NCBI GenBank assembly: GCA_049698855.1
Contig: JBAVYO010000234.1
Location: forward strand, 1-49,508
DNA from: Terriglobales bacterium
GTDB lineage: Bacteria > Acidobacteriota > Terriglobia > Terriglobales > Acidobacteriaceae
DNA length: 49,508 nt
Direction of reading: 5' to 3'
Positions 1 to 8,773 of this stretch are shown in pieces; the stretch's first letter is position 1, and each line of letters begins with the position of its first letter. Below the pieces are notes generated by a model. That model worked only from the letters and a program-made list of their open reading frames with translations. It was not told the DNA's origin and did no database searches. Both the position numbers and the translations under genes were made by a program.

Positions 1-1
1 G

Positions 2-2452
2 TACAAGTCCAAGGCCGACTTCACCTACGCCGGCAAGAATGGCGAGGTCTATGCCGTGGTTCCTTCCGATCTGGCGACCATCTACAATATGAACCCGCTA
101 TTCAAGGCAGGCACTTCAGGACAAGGACAAACCATTGTTCTGATCGAGGATTCGGATATCTACAGCACATCCGACTGGAACACGTTCCGTTCGGTCTTTG
201 GTCTTTCTTCCTATACTTCGGGGTCGCTCCAACAGGTTCATCCCGCGCCTCCGAGCGGTCCCAATAATTGCATCGACCCGAAGGCGACCGGCGACGATTT
301 CGAAGCCACCCTGGACGTTGAATACGCCAGCGCGGCCGCGCCCAGTGCGGCAATTGAATTGGCCTCGTGTTCAAGCACATCCACCTGGGGTGGATTCATT
401 GCGCTGCAAAACTTATTGAACGGCAGCAGTGTCCCGCCGGCAATCGTCAGCATCAGCTACGGCGGGTGCGAAGCCCTGCTAGGAGCCGCTCAAGATGGCG
501 CGTTTAATGCGGCCTATGAGCAGGCGGTCACGGAAGGGGCGTCGGTCTTTGTTTCCGCGGGAGATAACGGTCCCGGAGGCTGCACCGCATCCTATTATTG
601 GTCGGTGTTTGGAATTGGCGTCAGCGGATTCAGTTCCACACCCTATAACGTCTCCGTCGGTGGTACCGACTTCGGCGACACGTATGCAGGTACGAACAGC
701 ACGTACTGGAGTAGTACGAATAACAGTGTGTATGGTTCGGCCCTGTCGTATGTACCCGAAATTCCATGGAATGATTCCTGCGCCAGCAGTCTTCTCGCCA
801 GTATTTATGGTTACAGCGTAACTTACGGGGATCAGGGATTCTGCGACGGTAGCTCGACGGGAGCACTCTACTGGGATAACACTGCCGCCAGTGGCGGCCC
901 GAGTGCGTGCGCCTCGGGACAGCCGGCGGAACCTGGAGTTGTGAGCGGTACCTGTGCAGGATGGCCGAAACCGACCTGGCAATCGTTGGTGGGAGTGCCG
1001 AACGATGGATTTCGCGACATTCCCGACGTATCGCTATTCGCCGCCAATGGACTCTGGTCGCACTATTATCCCGTCTGCTACACCGATTCGTTGTGGGGCG
1101 GTGTCCCCTGCACCGGCACGCCGGATACCTGGTCGGGCGCCGGTGGCACGTCTTTTGCCTCGCCAATCATGGCCGGCATCCAGGCTCTGGTGAATCAAAA
1201 GACGGGAGACCGTCAGGGCAATCCCAACCCGGTCTATTACAGCTTGGCCGCCAAGGAGTACGGAACCAGTGGAAACAGCGCTTGCAATTCGACGCTCGGG
1301 AATCAGGTTGCAAGCTCTTGTACGTTCCAGGACGTGACGCTCGGCGATAACAATATCGATTGCCAGACCTACGATTGCTATTGGCCGAATGCGTCGGAGT
1401 CGACTCCGACCGATCCAACCGTGGGCGTACTTTCCACGACCTCAGCCTCATTCCAGCCCGCCTATCCCGCCACGGTCGGCTGGGATTTCGCAACTGGTAT
1501 TGGTTCGGTCAACGCCGCCAATCTGGTCAATAACTGGCCCGCGTCAAGTCCTAGCTTCACGCTGGCAGTTAGTCCTTACAACGTAAGCCTCAAGCAGGAC
1601 ACAAGCGTCACCAGCACCGTCACGATTGTTCCGCAAGGGCATTTCAGCGGTAGTGTGAATCTGTTGATTTCAGGCCTGCCTTCAGGTGTGACCGCCTCCT
1701 TCAGTCCAAGCGCGGCAACTTCCACCAGCACGCTGACCCTGAACGCGGCCAACACCGCGACTCCCGGGACGGTAACCCTCACGGTTACGGGAACCTCTGG
1801 TAAGCTGACGACGAGCACGTCTGTGACCCTGACGGTCATTCAAAATGAGCGGTTCACGCTTTCGGCCGCGCCCAGCGCAGTTACAGCACCACAAGGAGCG
1901 ACTACCACGACGGCTGTCACTATCGCTCCGGTGAATGGGTTCTCGGGGAGCGTAGCCTACACTGCCTCTGGCTTGCCGAAAGGAGTGACGGCTATTTTCA
2001 GTCCGAATCCGGCAACCACTTCGAGCACCGTGAGCTTCACGGCGGCCCAAACCGCGAAGCCGGGAACGTCAACCGTAACCATTACCGGAATCGCAGCCGT
2101 TCCCACAGGAACGGCGACCGCAAGCACAACGATCATGCTGACAGTAACACCTCTAGGAACGTTTACGATTGCGACCATGCCGAAAAAGCTGTCGATTTCA
2201 CTGGGCAGCAGCGGCACTGAAACCATCACCATCGCTTCTAAGAATACGTTCGATCAAAACGTCAATCTGTATGCCACCGGGTTGCCCAAGGGAGTGACAG
2301 CATCCTTCAGTCAGAACCCGGCAGCCTCCACAAGTACGCTGACCCTAACGGTGAGCCCATCCGCCAAAACCGGAACATCGGAGATCGCAATCACGGGCAT
2401 CTTTGGAACCCTGAGTCGGGAGGTAATTATCACGCTCGATGTCACGAAATAG
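2..2452 (+). CDS. Peptidase S53 (sedolisin/kumamolisin-type serine-carboxyl peptidase), 5'-truncated by the window edge, with C-terminal Ig-like repeat modules
   Basis: The frame is open from nt 2, with no stop before the ORF-track Met at 56. It has the E-x3-D motif 'EATLDVEY' and the S53 nucleophile motif 'GGTSFASPIMAG'. The C-terminal ~300 aa are Thr/Ser-rich repeats. Confidence 0.85.
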   Translation, partial: YKSKADFTYAGKNGEVYAVVPSDLATIYNMNPLFKAGTSGQGQTIVLIEDSDIYSTSDWNTFRSVFGLSSYTSGSLQQVHPAPPSGPNNCIDPKATGDDFEATLDVEYASAAAPSAAIELASCSSTSTWGGFIALQNLLNGSSVPPAIVSISYGGCEALLGAAQDGAFNAAYEQAVTEGASVFVSAGDNGPGGCTASYYWSVFGIGVSGFSSTPYNVSVGGTDFGDTYAGTNSTYWSSTNNSVYGSALSYVPEIPWNDSCASSLLASIYGYSVTYGDQGFCDGSSTGALYWDNTAASGGPSACASGQPAEPGVVSGTCAGWPKPTWQSLVGVPNDGFRDIPDVSLFAANGLWSHYYPVCYTDSLWGGVPCTGTPDTWSGAGGTSFASPIMAGIQALVNQKTGDRQGNPNPVYYSLAAKEYGTSGNSACNSTLGNQVASSCTFQDVTLGDNNIDCQTYDCYWPNASESTPTDPTVGVLSTTSASFQPAYPATVGWDFATGIGSVNAANLVNNWPASSPSFTLAVSPYNVSLKQDTSVTSTVTIVPQGHFSGSVNLLISGLPSGVTASFSPSAATSTSTLTLNAANTATPGTVTLTVTGTSGKLTTSTSVTLTVIQNERFTLSAAPSAVTAPQGATTTTAVTIAPVNGFSGSVAYTASGLPKGVTAIFSPNPATTSSTVSFTAAQTAKPGTSTVTITGIAAVPTGTATASTTIMLTVTPLGTFTIATMPKKLSISLGSSGTETITIASKNTFDQNVNLYATGLPKGVTASFSQNPAASTSTLTLTVSPSAKTGTSEIAITGIFGTLSREVIITLDVTK
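1556..2449 (+). repeat. Three tandem ~100-aa in-frame repeat modules (1556-1852, 1853-2161, 2162-2449) inside the S53 peptidase
   Basis: Each module starts 'FTL/FTI' and contains 'SG(S)V..(L)..SGLPxGVTAxFSxxPA..TSSTLT..' followed by 'TPGT/KPGT/KTGT..(V/I)T(V/I)TG'. This pattern fits a beta-sandwich or Ig-like surface module. Confidence 0.8.
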
Positions 2453-2655
2453 TGAAAGCGTCGCTCCTTTTTACAATTTACAAAAGACCAAATTTCACCG
2501 GACTCACTGGCTGAGGCAATAACGGGATTAGGCAGAAAGCGATTAAGTCAACGGAGAGCGTGTTGGTTCTGCTGAGATTTCAAGCCAGCGCTCGGTCTTG
2601 GTGTCAATTTTGCCGGAGGAACGGATGGGCCTCCTTCCTCCGAGCACCACTGGAA

Positions 2656-2688
2656 CTGCACCGCAGTTCAAATAGAACTGCGGTGCAG
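2656..2688. repeat. Perfect 14-bp stem / 5-nt loop hairpin (ctgcaccgcagttc-aaata-gaactgcggtgcag) in a non-coding region
   Basis: The arms were read directly and are exact reverse complements. Neither strand has a flanking U-tract, so it is not a canonical intrinsic terminator. Confidence 0.7.
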
Positions 2689-3043
2689 GATTCAGGGCGC
2701 GCAACGAGACGAGTCCGCAGCGAGTCAGACTGCTATTGGTACCTCGAAGACTCGCCCGTCGATTACCCTGTGCGCCCAGTACCGCATAACCACTGCAAGT
2801 ATCTACGCCCACCTCGTAGGGGCGCGCTCCGCGAGATAGCCTCCCACATTCGGCTCTAAGTCCGAAGTGGCGGGAGGCGAGTGAATGGGGAACCAGGGGG
2901 CCGGAAAAGCAAGGCCTCACTCTGGGCGCGCACAATCTATTCGGAGGTCTCCATCCACAGCTTGAGCTAACAACAGAGCGTCCGGTTCTCCTCCGAGCGA
3001 GCATACCCTCACCTCTGGTGAAACAGTCACCGGAGGAGGGACA

Positions 3044-4067
3044 ATGCGCGTTCGTTATCAGCGAGGATAACTGCGGGTCGGTCATCGAAAGACCGGAGCT
3101 GACTGTTGGGAGTTTCTTTGGTGGGATCGTGAACTTACTGGAAAACGGGTTCGGCGCAAAGCCGTAATTGGTACCATTCAGCAGCATCCAAGTGTAGAAG
3201 ACGCGTGGCAGGCGAGCAACGGGCTCCGCGTGTCGATCAATGAGGTGCGAAATCGTCAATGTGAACAAGCCATCACAGTTGCGGACCTCGTCGATCACTA
3301 CAGCACGACCGAGCTGGTCGGTGATCTGGTTGATGGGGGAAAGACCCATGCTACCAGAACCGTCTACAGGGACTTCCTCGCGAGATGGGTGAAACCTACA
3401 TGGGGAACGCTGAACATCCGTGCCGTACGCACAATCGCGGTCGAACACTGGCTTCATCAACTCAGGCGAGTGAACGGCAATCCCTTGGCTCCTTCTACAA
3501 AAGCGAAATTGCGGAGCGTGATGAGCGTTCTCTTTAACCACGCCATTCGCCACGAGTGGATGGAGCAAGGTAGGAACCCCATCCTTCTGGTTCGCCAAAG
3601 CGCCAAGCGACAAAGATACCCCGAGTATCTGGAGCCGGAAACTCTGGGCTTGGAAGCAAGACAGCCCCCACGGGCAGTCTCATGATCGACTGTTCGCGAG
3701 CCCTCATAGTCAAGGAAAGAGGCCTTATTGGCCGGACATCCTTCTTTCTCGCGTCATTCAGCCTGCGGGCGGCTGGCACACGTTCCAGCACAGCTTCGCC
3801 ACCCTGTTGATGGCTAACGGAGAAAACGTAAAGGTCGTGCAGGAATTCATGCGGCACGCGAACTGCCGGTGCACGCTTGAAATTTATTCGCAGGCCCGAA
3901 TTCAAGCGAAGCGGGAGGCCCAGCATCGGGTTGGTGAGATGATCGTCCCTCGGGAGCGGGAAGCTACCGATGTTGAAGAGCCCTTCATTCTCGCGAAAAC
4001 GCCCGAGCGCTATCAGCAGCACTCGTACAGGGTCGCCGAGCCCGCTCAGAACTCCAATCGCGCCTGA
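3044..4067 (+). pseudogene. Tyrosine recombinase/phage-type integrase, degraded (premature stop, internal deletion/frameshift, active-site loss)
   Basis: It starts 'MRVRYQRG' with TAA at codon 9 (3068-3070), then continues in frame as 'LRVGHRKTGADCWEFLWWDRE...VRNRQ..ITVADLVDHY..' (SAM-like N-domain) to 3685. The C-terminal part 'LFASPHSQGKRPYWPD...GWHTFQHSFATLLMANGENVKVVQEFMRHA..LEIYSQA' lies in another frame. About 100 aa of the catalytic core are missing, and the HxxR motif reads HTFQH. Confidence 0.8.
3487..4001 (+). repeat. Direct repeat copy 1 (~0.5 kb, integrase 3' portion)
   Basis: It aligns base by base with 7532-8073 at roughly 9 of 10 positions by eye. It lacks a 27-nt segment that is present in copy 2. 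Confidence 0.85.
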
Positions 4068-7000
4068 AATGCGATCATGCGTGGACTGCTATCACCACCC
4101 AATCCGACGCCCAGCAAGCCCGTCGGCGGAGACGTTGTAGATGTGAGCGCTCCAAATCCACTCTGCGTGGAAGGATTTCCTGGAATGCCGGCCTGTACCA
4201 CGCTGGGAAGCGCAAAATTCGGATGGTTAAAGACATTAAAGAACTGACCCTCAAAGCGCAGCTTCAAATGCTCGGCCAGGGCAAACCATTTCGTGAGATA
4301 AAAGTCACTCCAGAGGAAATCGGGACCACGCAGAGCATTGCGACCGAGGTTTCCGAATTGGCAATTCTGCGGGCTGTCGCCGCCGTTGCACTGCCCTGTG
4401 CTCGGATCAACCGCTGACACAAATGCGTCCGGATTGAGCCACTGACGTGTTCCCGACGGCGTTACACCCGGAATCGGATGATGCTCATACAGCGGAACGC
4501 CGGGAACGAGGCTAGCAAACTCCGGCCCGCTGCCCTGCACAATTCCCTCTTCCTTCATGGTGATTGGATTGATCGCTGAATAGGGCGTGCTCAACACCGA
4601 GAACGGAACTCCACTGTGCCAAAACGCTGTTCCGGAAATCTGCCAGCCATTGAGAGCATACCCCAGAGAATGACTGTGCACTCGAACCGGCAGCTGATAC
4701 ACATATTGCGCATTGAGATTGTGCCGGATGTCATAGTCGCAAGGGCCATAATCGCGGGCCAGTTCGCCCGGCAGAGGCGAGAGAATCCCTCCCGAGGAAA
4801 ACGAAAGGAACCCACCGTTCGAGACCGTATCCATACAACGGCTCCAGGTGTAGTTGACCTGTCCTTGCAAGCCGTGGCCGAGCCGCTTCATCGCGGTCAG
4901 TTGAAGGCCGTTGTAGTGACTGTTCGCGCCGGTGGAGAATTGCGTCGCTGCGCCAAATCGCGGATCGGTGGGTTGCATGTAGGGGAACGGCGCAAAACAA
5001 CCCTGGCACACGGTTTGGTAGCCGTTCACCTGGGTTGAGTATGGCTGATTCACAGCGCGCGTGCCCACGTACTGAGCGTGCAGGCTGGCAGTCGTTCCGA
5101 ATTGATGTTCAATTCCCAGACTCCACTCCATGAAATATGGGGCGTGGAGTTTCCCATCGGGGACGGCTGTAATCGCAGGTGGTGGAAGCGAGCGCTGGCC
5201 CTGGGGAAATCCCAACGTAAACGCCTGATTCGCGGCAATGATCGCACTGACCGCACTGTTGGGCGCTCCCGGCGCGATGGCCGTACCGCCGACGCTGCCA
5301 AGCTGTCCTCCCTGAAACGTCTTATCGTAGGGGGGATTGGTGCCGACTAGGTCGGCTATCGTACCCGGCAAAATGTCGCTGAAAATTCCAAAGCCGGTGC
5401 GGAGCACTGATTTCGGCTCGAACTGCCAAGCAATCGCCATTCTCGGCTGCAAAATGGCCACCGGCGTGGACGAGAACAGATGGCCGAGATGAGTCTCGAT
5501 GACCTCGTTCAGCGGTTGACTGGCCTCATGCGAGATGGAATTGAAGGAGCCACTAAGACGGGCAACTTGATCATGTGGGCTCAGCGGATTGGAGTTGAAG
5601 GTGTCGCGCAGACCGAACGTCCAAGTCAGCGCGGGAGTTACTTTCCAAGTGTCCTGCGCATAGAGATCGAGATTGAGAAAGTTGAAGGGCTCATTTGCGT
5701 TCGAAGCGAAGGTCTGCGACGCGGTGTTCGCCACTCCAGAGATAAATTGCTGCAAGGTTGCGTAGGTCACGGTGGGAACTGTGCCTTCGCCAAAGTCGTA
5801 GTCGTTCAGGCGGAAGATCCGGGTATTGGTTCCAAACCGCAGTTCGTGAGCGCCATGACTCCAGGCGAGATTGTCGTTGATGAAAAACCGCGTGGCGCGC
5901 CGGCCTTGCACCCAGGTATTGTCAAGCCCGCCAATGGGCGTGAAGGGGTTCGCTCCGGTGCCCTGTAACACGATTGGGAACGCTGAAAGTGTCTGCTGAA
6001 GATTGCGTGGCCCAAACAGGCTTTCGTACCAAGAGAACGCGGGATTGAAGTAGTTCACCAGGTTCTGCGAGAAGACGTGCGTATGCCCTGCCGCAAACGA
6101 ATAAAGAGGCTGCGGCGAAAACGCATTGAACACCGGGTTGATGGGGTCAGTCCACGCAGCTTGTAGTCCCGTGTCCGACTGAAGACGAAACCAAGTCGTA
6201 TCCTTCTCGTTGAGGTTGTAGTCGAAGCGGAAAGTCTGAACCTGTTCGTGGTCGTCGCTGGTGTTTGAAACGCTTTGCTGGTTCGCGCAACCATACCCAG
6301 CCGCGAGCGGACAACCGTCGATCGGGTAAGCTGTGCCGCCGGTATTTCCGTAGAGCGAGAACATCTGTTTATAAAACGGCACCTCCTGCGATGGAAGTTG
6401 TCCCAACACGTATGTCTGGAAGGCTAAAGCAGGCACAATCGTGGGTGCGACAATGGGCAGCGCAATCCGCACCCATTCGCTGTCGAAGAAAAAGAAAAGT
6501 TTGTCGTGCGCAATGGGCCCGCCCACACTGCCTCCAAAATGATTCACGGTCGATCTGGGCTTATAACGTCCTGGCACCGCGTTGGTAAAGTAGTCCGCCG
6601 CGTTCAATAATGAGCCATTCCATAGTTCGTACAGATTTCCGTGAAACTGGTTTGTGCCGGACTTGGTGACATAGTTGATCTGCGATGCTCCGTATCGTCC
6701 TTGATCCACGGAATAGGAGAGTGTGTTGACGGTCACTTCCGAGATTGAATTCAAACCCAGAACGAGGTTGGTGGAAAGGCCGCTATTGAGATTGGTGAGC
6801 GGGTCGTTTGTTTCCAGCCCGTCAACGATGTAGCCGTTTGAGAGGGCGGGCAGGCCGTTGAATTCCACGTTGCCATATCCGTTGCTGCCGCCGACGAAAT
6901 CGTTACTGCTACCCGCAGTATTGATGAGAGCCCCGGGCGCAAATTGCAGCGGGTACGTCAGGTCGCCGCCCGGATTCGGCAGGTCTTCTAGCGCTGGCGC

Positions 7001-7438
7001 ATCTAGTGTGGAAGATGTATTTGCGTTTTCCGGGTTGATGAGCGGAGCTTCGCTGATTACCTCAACTGTCTCATTGGATCGAGCCACTCTAAGCGTGATA
7101 TCTACAGTCTGTTTTTGCCCTAGGCCCGAGACGACGTTGTCAATTTGATGTGGATCGAAGCCTTGCGCCACCACGCGGATTGAATAGGTATCCGGCCTTA
7201 GCTGTGGGAAGTTGAATCGTCCCGCGTCATCGGTCTGGGCCGTACGCTTCAGGCCGTTTTCCTGGCTTGTGATGGTCACGGTGGCGTCCGCGACGACGGC
7301 GTTAGTTGTGTCTCGCACTTGGCCGACAATGGCGCTCGTGGTTTCCCCTTGTGCCAGCGCTTTCGCCGGATGAAGACACGCTACGGTCAAAATAAGAAAA
7401 GCGAGGGGTGCCGCCCGCGCCATGATTACGTCGCTCAT
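4046..7438 (-). CDS. TonB-dependent receptor with N-terminal carboxypeptidase-regulatory-like domain (acidobacterial type)
   Basis: Signal peptide 'MARAAPLAFLILTVACLHPAKALAQ'. CarboxypepD_reg-like 'IVGQVRDTTNAVVADATVTITSQENGLKRTAQTDDAGRFNFPQLRPDTYSIRV'. Long beta-barrel body ending in the C-terminal 'RLEF'. The ORF-track start at 7453 is TTG. ATG codons at 7438 and 7423 are more plausible starts. Confidence 0.85.
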   Translation of the reverse strand: MSDVIMARAAPLAFLILTVACLHPAKALAQGETTSAIVGQVRDTTNAVVADATVTITSQENGLKRTAQTDDAGRFNFPQLRPDTYSIRVVAQGFDPHQIDNVVSGLGQKQTVDITLRVARSNETVEVISEAPLINPENANTSSTLDAPALEDLPNPGGDLTYPLQFAPGALINTAGSSNDFVGGSNGYGNVEFNGLPALSNGYIVDGLETNDPLTNLNSGLSTNLVLGLNSISEVTVNTLSYSVDQGRYGASQINYVTKSGTNQFHGNLYELWNGSLLNAADYFTNAVPGRYKPRSTVNHFGGSVGGPIAHDKLFFFFDSEWVRIALPIVAPTIVPALAFQTYVLGQLPSQEVPFYKQMFSLYGNTGGTAYPIDGCPLAAGYGCANQQSVSNTSDDHEQVQTFRFDYNLNEKDTTWFRLQSDTGLQAAWTDPINPVFNAFSPQPLYSFAAGHTHVFSQNLVNYFNPAFSWYESLFGPRNLQQTLSAFPIVLQGTGANPFTPIGGLDNTWVQGRRATRFFINDNLAWSHGAHELRFGTNTRIFRLNDYDFGEGTVPTVTYATLQQFISGVANTASQTFASNANEPFNFLNLDLYAQDTWKVTPALTWTFGLRDTFNSNPLSPHDQVARLSGSFNSISHEASQPLNEVIETHLGHLFSSTPVAILQPRMAIAWQFEPKSVLRTGFGIFSDILPGTIADLVGTNPPYDKTFQGGQLGSVGGTAIAPGAPNSAVSAIIAANQAFTLGFPQGQRSLPPPAITAVPDGKLHAPYFMEWSLGIEHQFGTTASLHAQYVGTRAVNQPYSTQVNGYQTVCQGCFAPFPYMQPTDPRFGAATQFSTGANSHYNGLQLTAMKRLGHGLQGQVNYTWSRCMDTVSNGGFLSFSSGGILSPLPGELARDYGPCDYDIRHNLNAQYVYQLPVRVHSHSLGYALNGWQISGTAFWHSGVPFSVLSTPYSAINPITMKEEGIVQGSGPEFASLVPGVPLYEHHPIPGVTPSGTRQWLNPDAFVSAVDPSTGQCNGGDSPQNCQFGNLGRNALRGPDFLWSDFYLTKWFALAEHLKLRFEGQFFNVFNHPNFALPSVVQAGIPGNPSTQSGFGALTSTTSPPTGLLGVGLGGDSSPRMIAFQARLEF

Positions 7439-7531
7439 TGCCGTGAAGGGCAATATTTCTCCAGTGCGGTATATTAACCGGCAATTATTTTTCTTAGTTA
7501 ACCACAGTTAACGCAAACAAGCAATGGAGGG

Positions 7532-8073
7532 GGCTCCCTCTACGAAAGCGAAGTTGCGCAATGTGATGAGCGTTCTCTTTAACCACGCCATTCGCCACGA
7601 ATGGTTGGAGCAAGGCAGGAATCCCATCCTTCTGGTTCGGCAAAGCGCCAAGAGACAAAGATACCCCGAGTATCTGGAGCCTGAAACTCTGGGCTTGGAA
7701 GCAAGACAGCCCCTACGGGCAGTCTCATGATTGGCTTTTCGCGAGCCCTCATAGTCAAGGAAAGAGGCCTTATTGGCCGGACATCCTTCTTTCTCGCGTC
7801 ACTCAGCCTGCGGCAGCGCGTGCGGGAATTCGGAAGCACATCGGCTGGCACACGTTTCGCCACAGCTTCGCCACCCTGCTGATGGCGAACGGTGAAAACG
7901 TGAAGGTCGTGCAGGAACTCATGCGGCACGCGACCTGCCGTTGCACGTTGGAGATCTACTCCCATGCTCGAATTCAGGCGAAACGGGACGCCCAGAATCG
8001 TGTTGGTGAGATGATCGTCTCTCGGGACCGGGAAGCTACCGATGTGGAAGGGCCTTTGATTCTAGCGAAAAAC
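7532..8073 (+). repeat. Direct repeat copy 2 (~0.5 kb, integrase 3' portion)
   Basis: See copy 1. Both copies share the same deletion junction, 'YLEPETLGLEARQ|..HDWLFASPHS'. Confidence 0.85.
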
Positions 8074-8100
8074 GACGTCACCGCGACGGCGCTGCCATGA
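7532..8100 (+). pseudogene. Second tyrosine-integrase remnant (3' part only, same internal deletion as the first copy)
   Basis: 'APSTKAKLRNVMSVLFNHAIRHEWLEQGRNPILLVRQSAKRQRYPEYLEPETLGLEA', then a frame change to 'KQDSPYGQSHDWLFASPHSQGKRPYWPDILLSRVTQPAAARAGIRKHIGWHTFRHSFATLLMANGENVKVVQELMRHA...'. The N-terminal ~150 aa are absent. Confidence 0.8.
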
Positions 8101-8255
8101 GGCGATTGGGGTCCAGAGATAGAGCAGACTTCTTCGCGGTCGTAATCCGAGATAACAGCCAACATCACGACTTCGCTGGACGCGCTGCTAACTTCCCACC
8201 CTCCCCCCATTGTTTGCTAAATTATTGATAGGCTCTTGGTGAGAGGAGACGACTG

Positions 8256-8630
8256 ATGTTAAAGCGAACTCAGGTTGCCGCTACGCTTGCGCTCAGGTGC
8301 GCTCTCCTCTTGTTGGCCTCCGCCGTATTCTGCTGGGGATTGCAGGCGAAACTTTCCCTGTACAAGACGCCGCAAACACCCTCTACCGTCACAGTCGCCA
8401 AGCTCTTGACGGAGAGGCGCTCCGTCCAAACCATGGCTTTGCTTGAAAAGGCCCTCAAACCGGATACGTCCTGGAAGACGTTGAACCTGATTCCGCTATT
8501 GGTGTTGGCCCTGGCGATTTTGATTCTTGCATTTAAGTCTTGCGAAGTTGAAATGGACCTTTGCAGGTCTCGCAGATGGGACCTTCAGTATCCGTACCTT
8601 ACGCAACGTCCCCCTCCAGCCATTTCTTAA
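8256..8630 (+). CDS. Hypothetical small membrane protein
   Basis: ATG preceded by 'gagaggagacgactg' (AGGAG about 8 nt upstream). Two hydrophobic segments. It sits directly upstream of the RND operon. No family was recognised. Confidence 0.45.
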   Translation: MLKRTQVAATLALRCALLLLASAVFCWGLQAKLSLYKTPQTPSTVTVAKLLTERRSVQTMALLEKALKPDTSWKTLNLIPLLVLALAILILAFKSCEVEMDLCRSRRWDLQYPYLTQRPPPAIS

Positions 8631-8773
8631 TCCCTCCACGGCGATATATTTGCGGGAAGCCCGGCCTATTCTTGGACATCGAATAGGACAGTTGGGTAAT
8701 CGCCAGACCCTCTGGAGATGTACGGTCGTCGATTCCAATCCCGAACCTCCGGGATTAAAAATAAGGTGGCTCC

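Noticed and set aside
2453-3043. tmRNA, RNase P RNA or SRP RNA identity for the structured non-coding region
   Set aside because: None of the expected signatures was found on either strand. There is no tRNA-like 3' end with CCA, no GGAAAGUCCGG / ACAGAACCCGGCUUA P4 strands, and no GGAA-tetraloop SRP helix 8. The 'ccggaaaagcaagg' stretch only superficially resembles SRP.
2543-3613. 356-aa minus-strand ORF spanning the non-coding stretch and the integrase N-terminus
   Set aside because: Its Arg/Ser/Pro/Gly-rich composition is typical of an off-frame read in GC-rich DNA. It is antisense to recognisable integrase sequence, and no motif was recognised.
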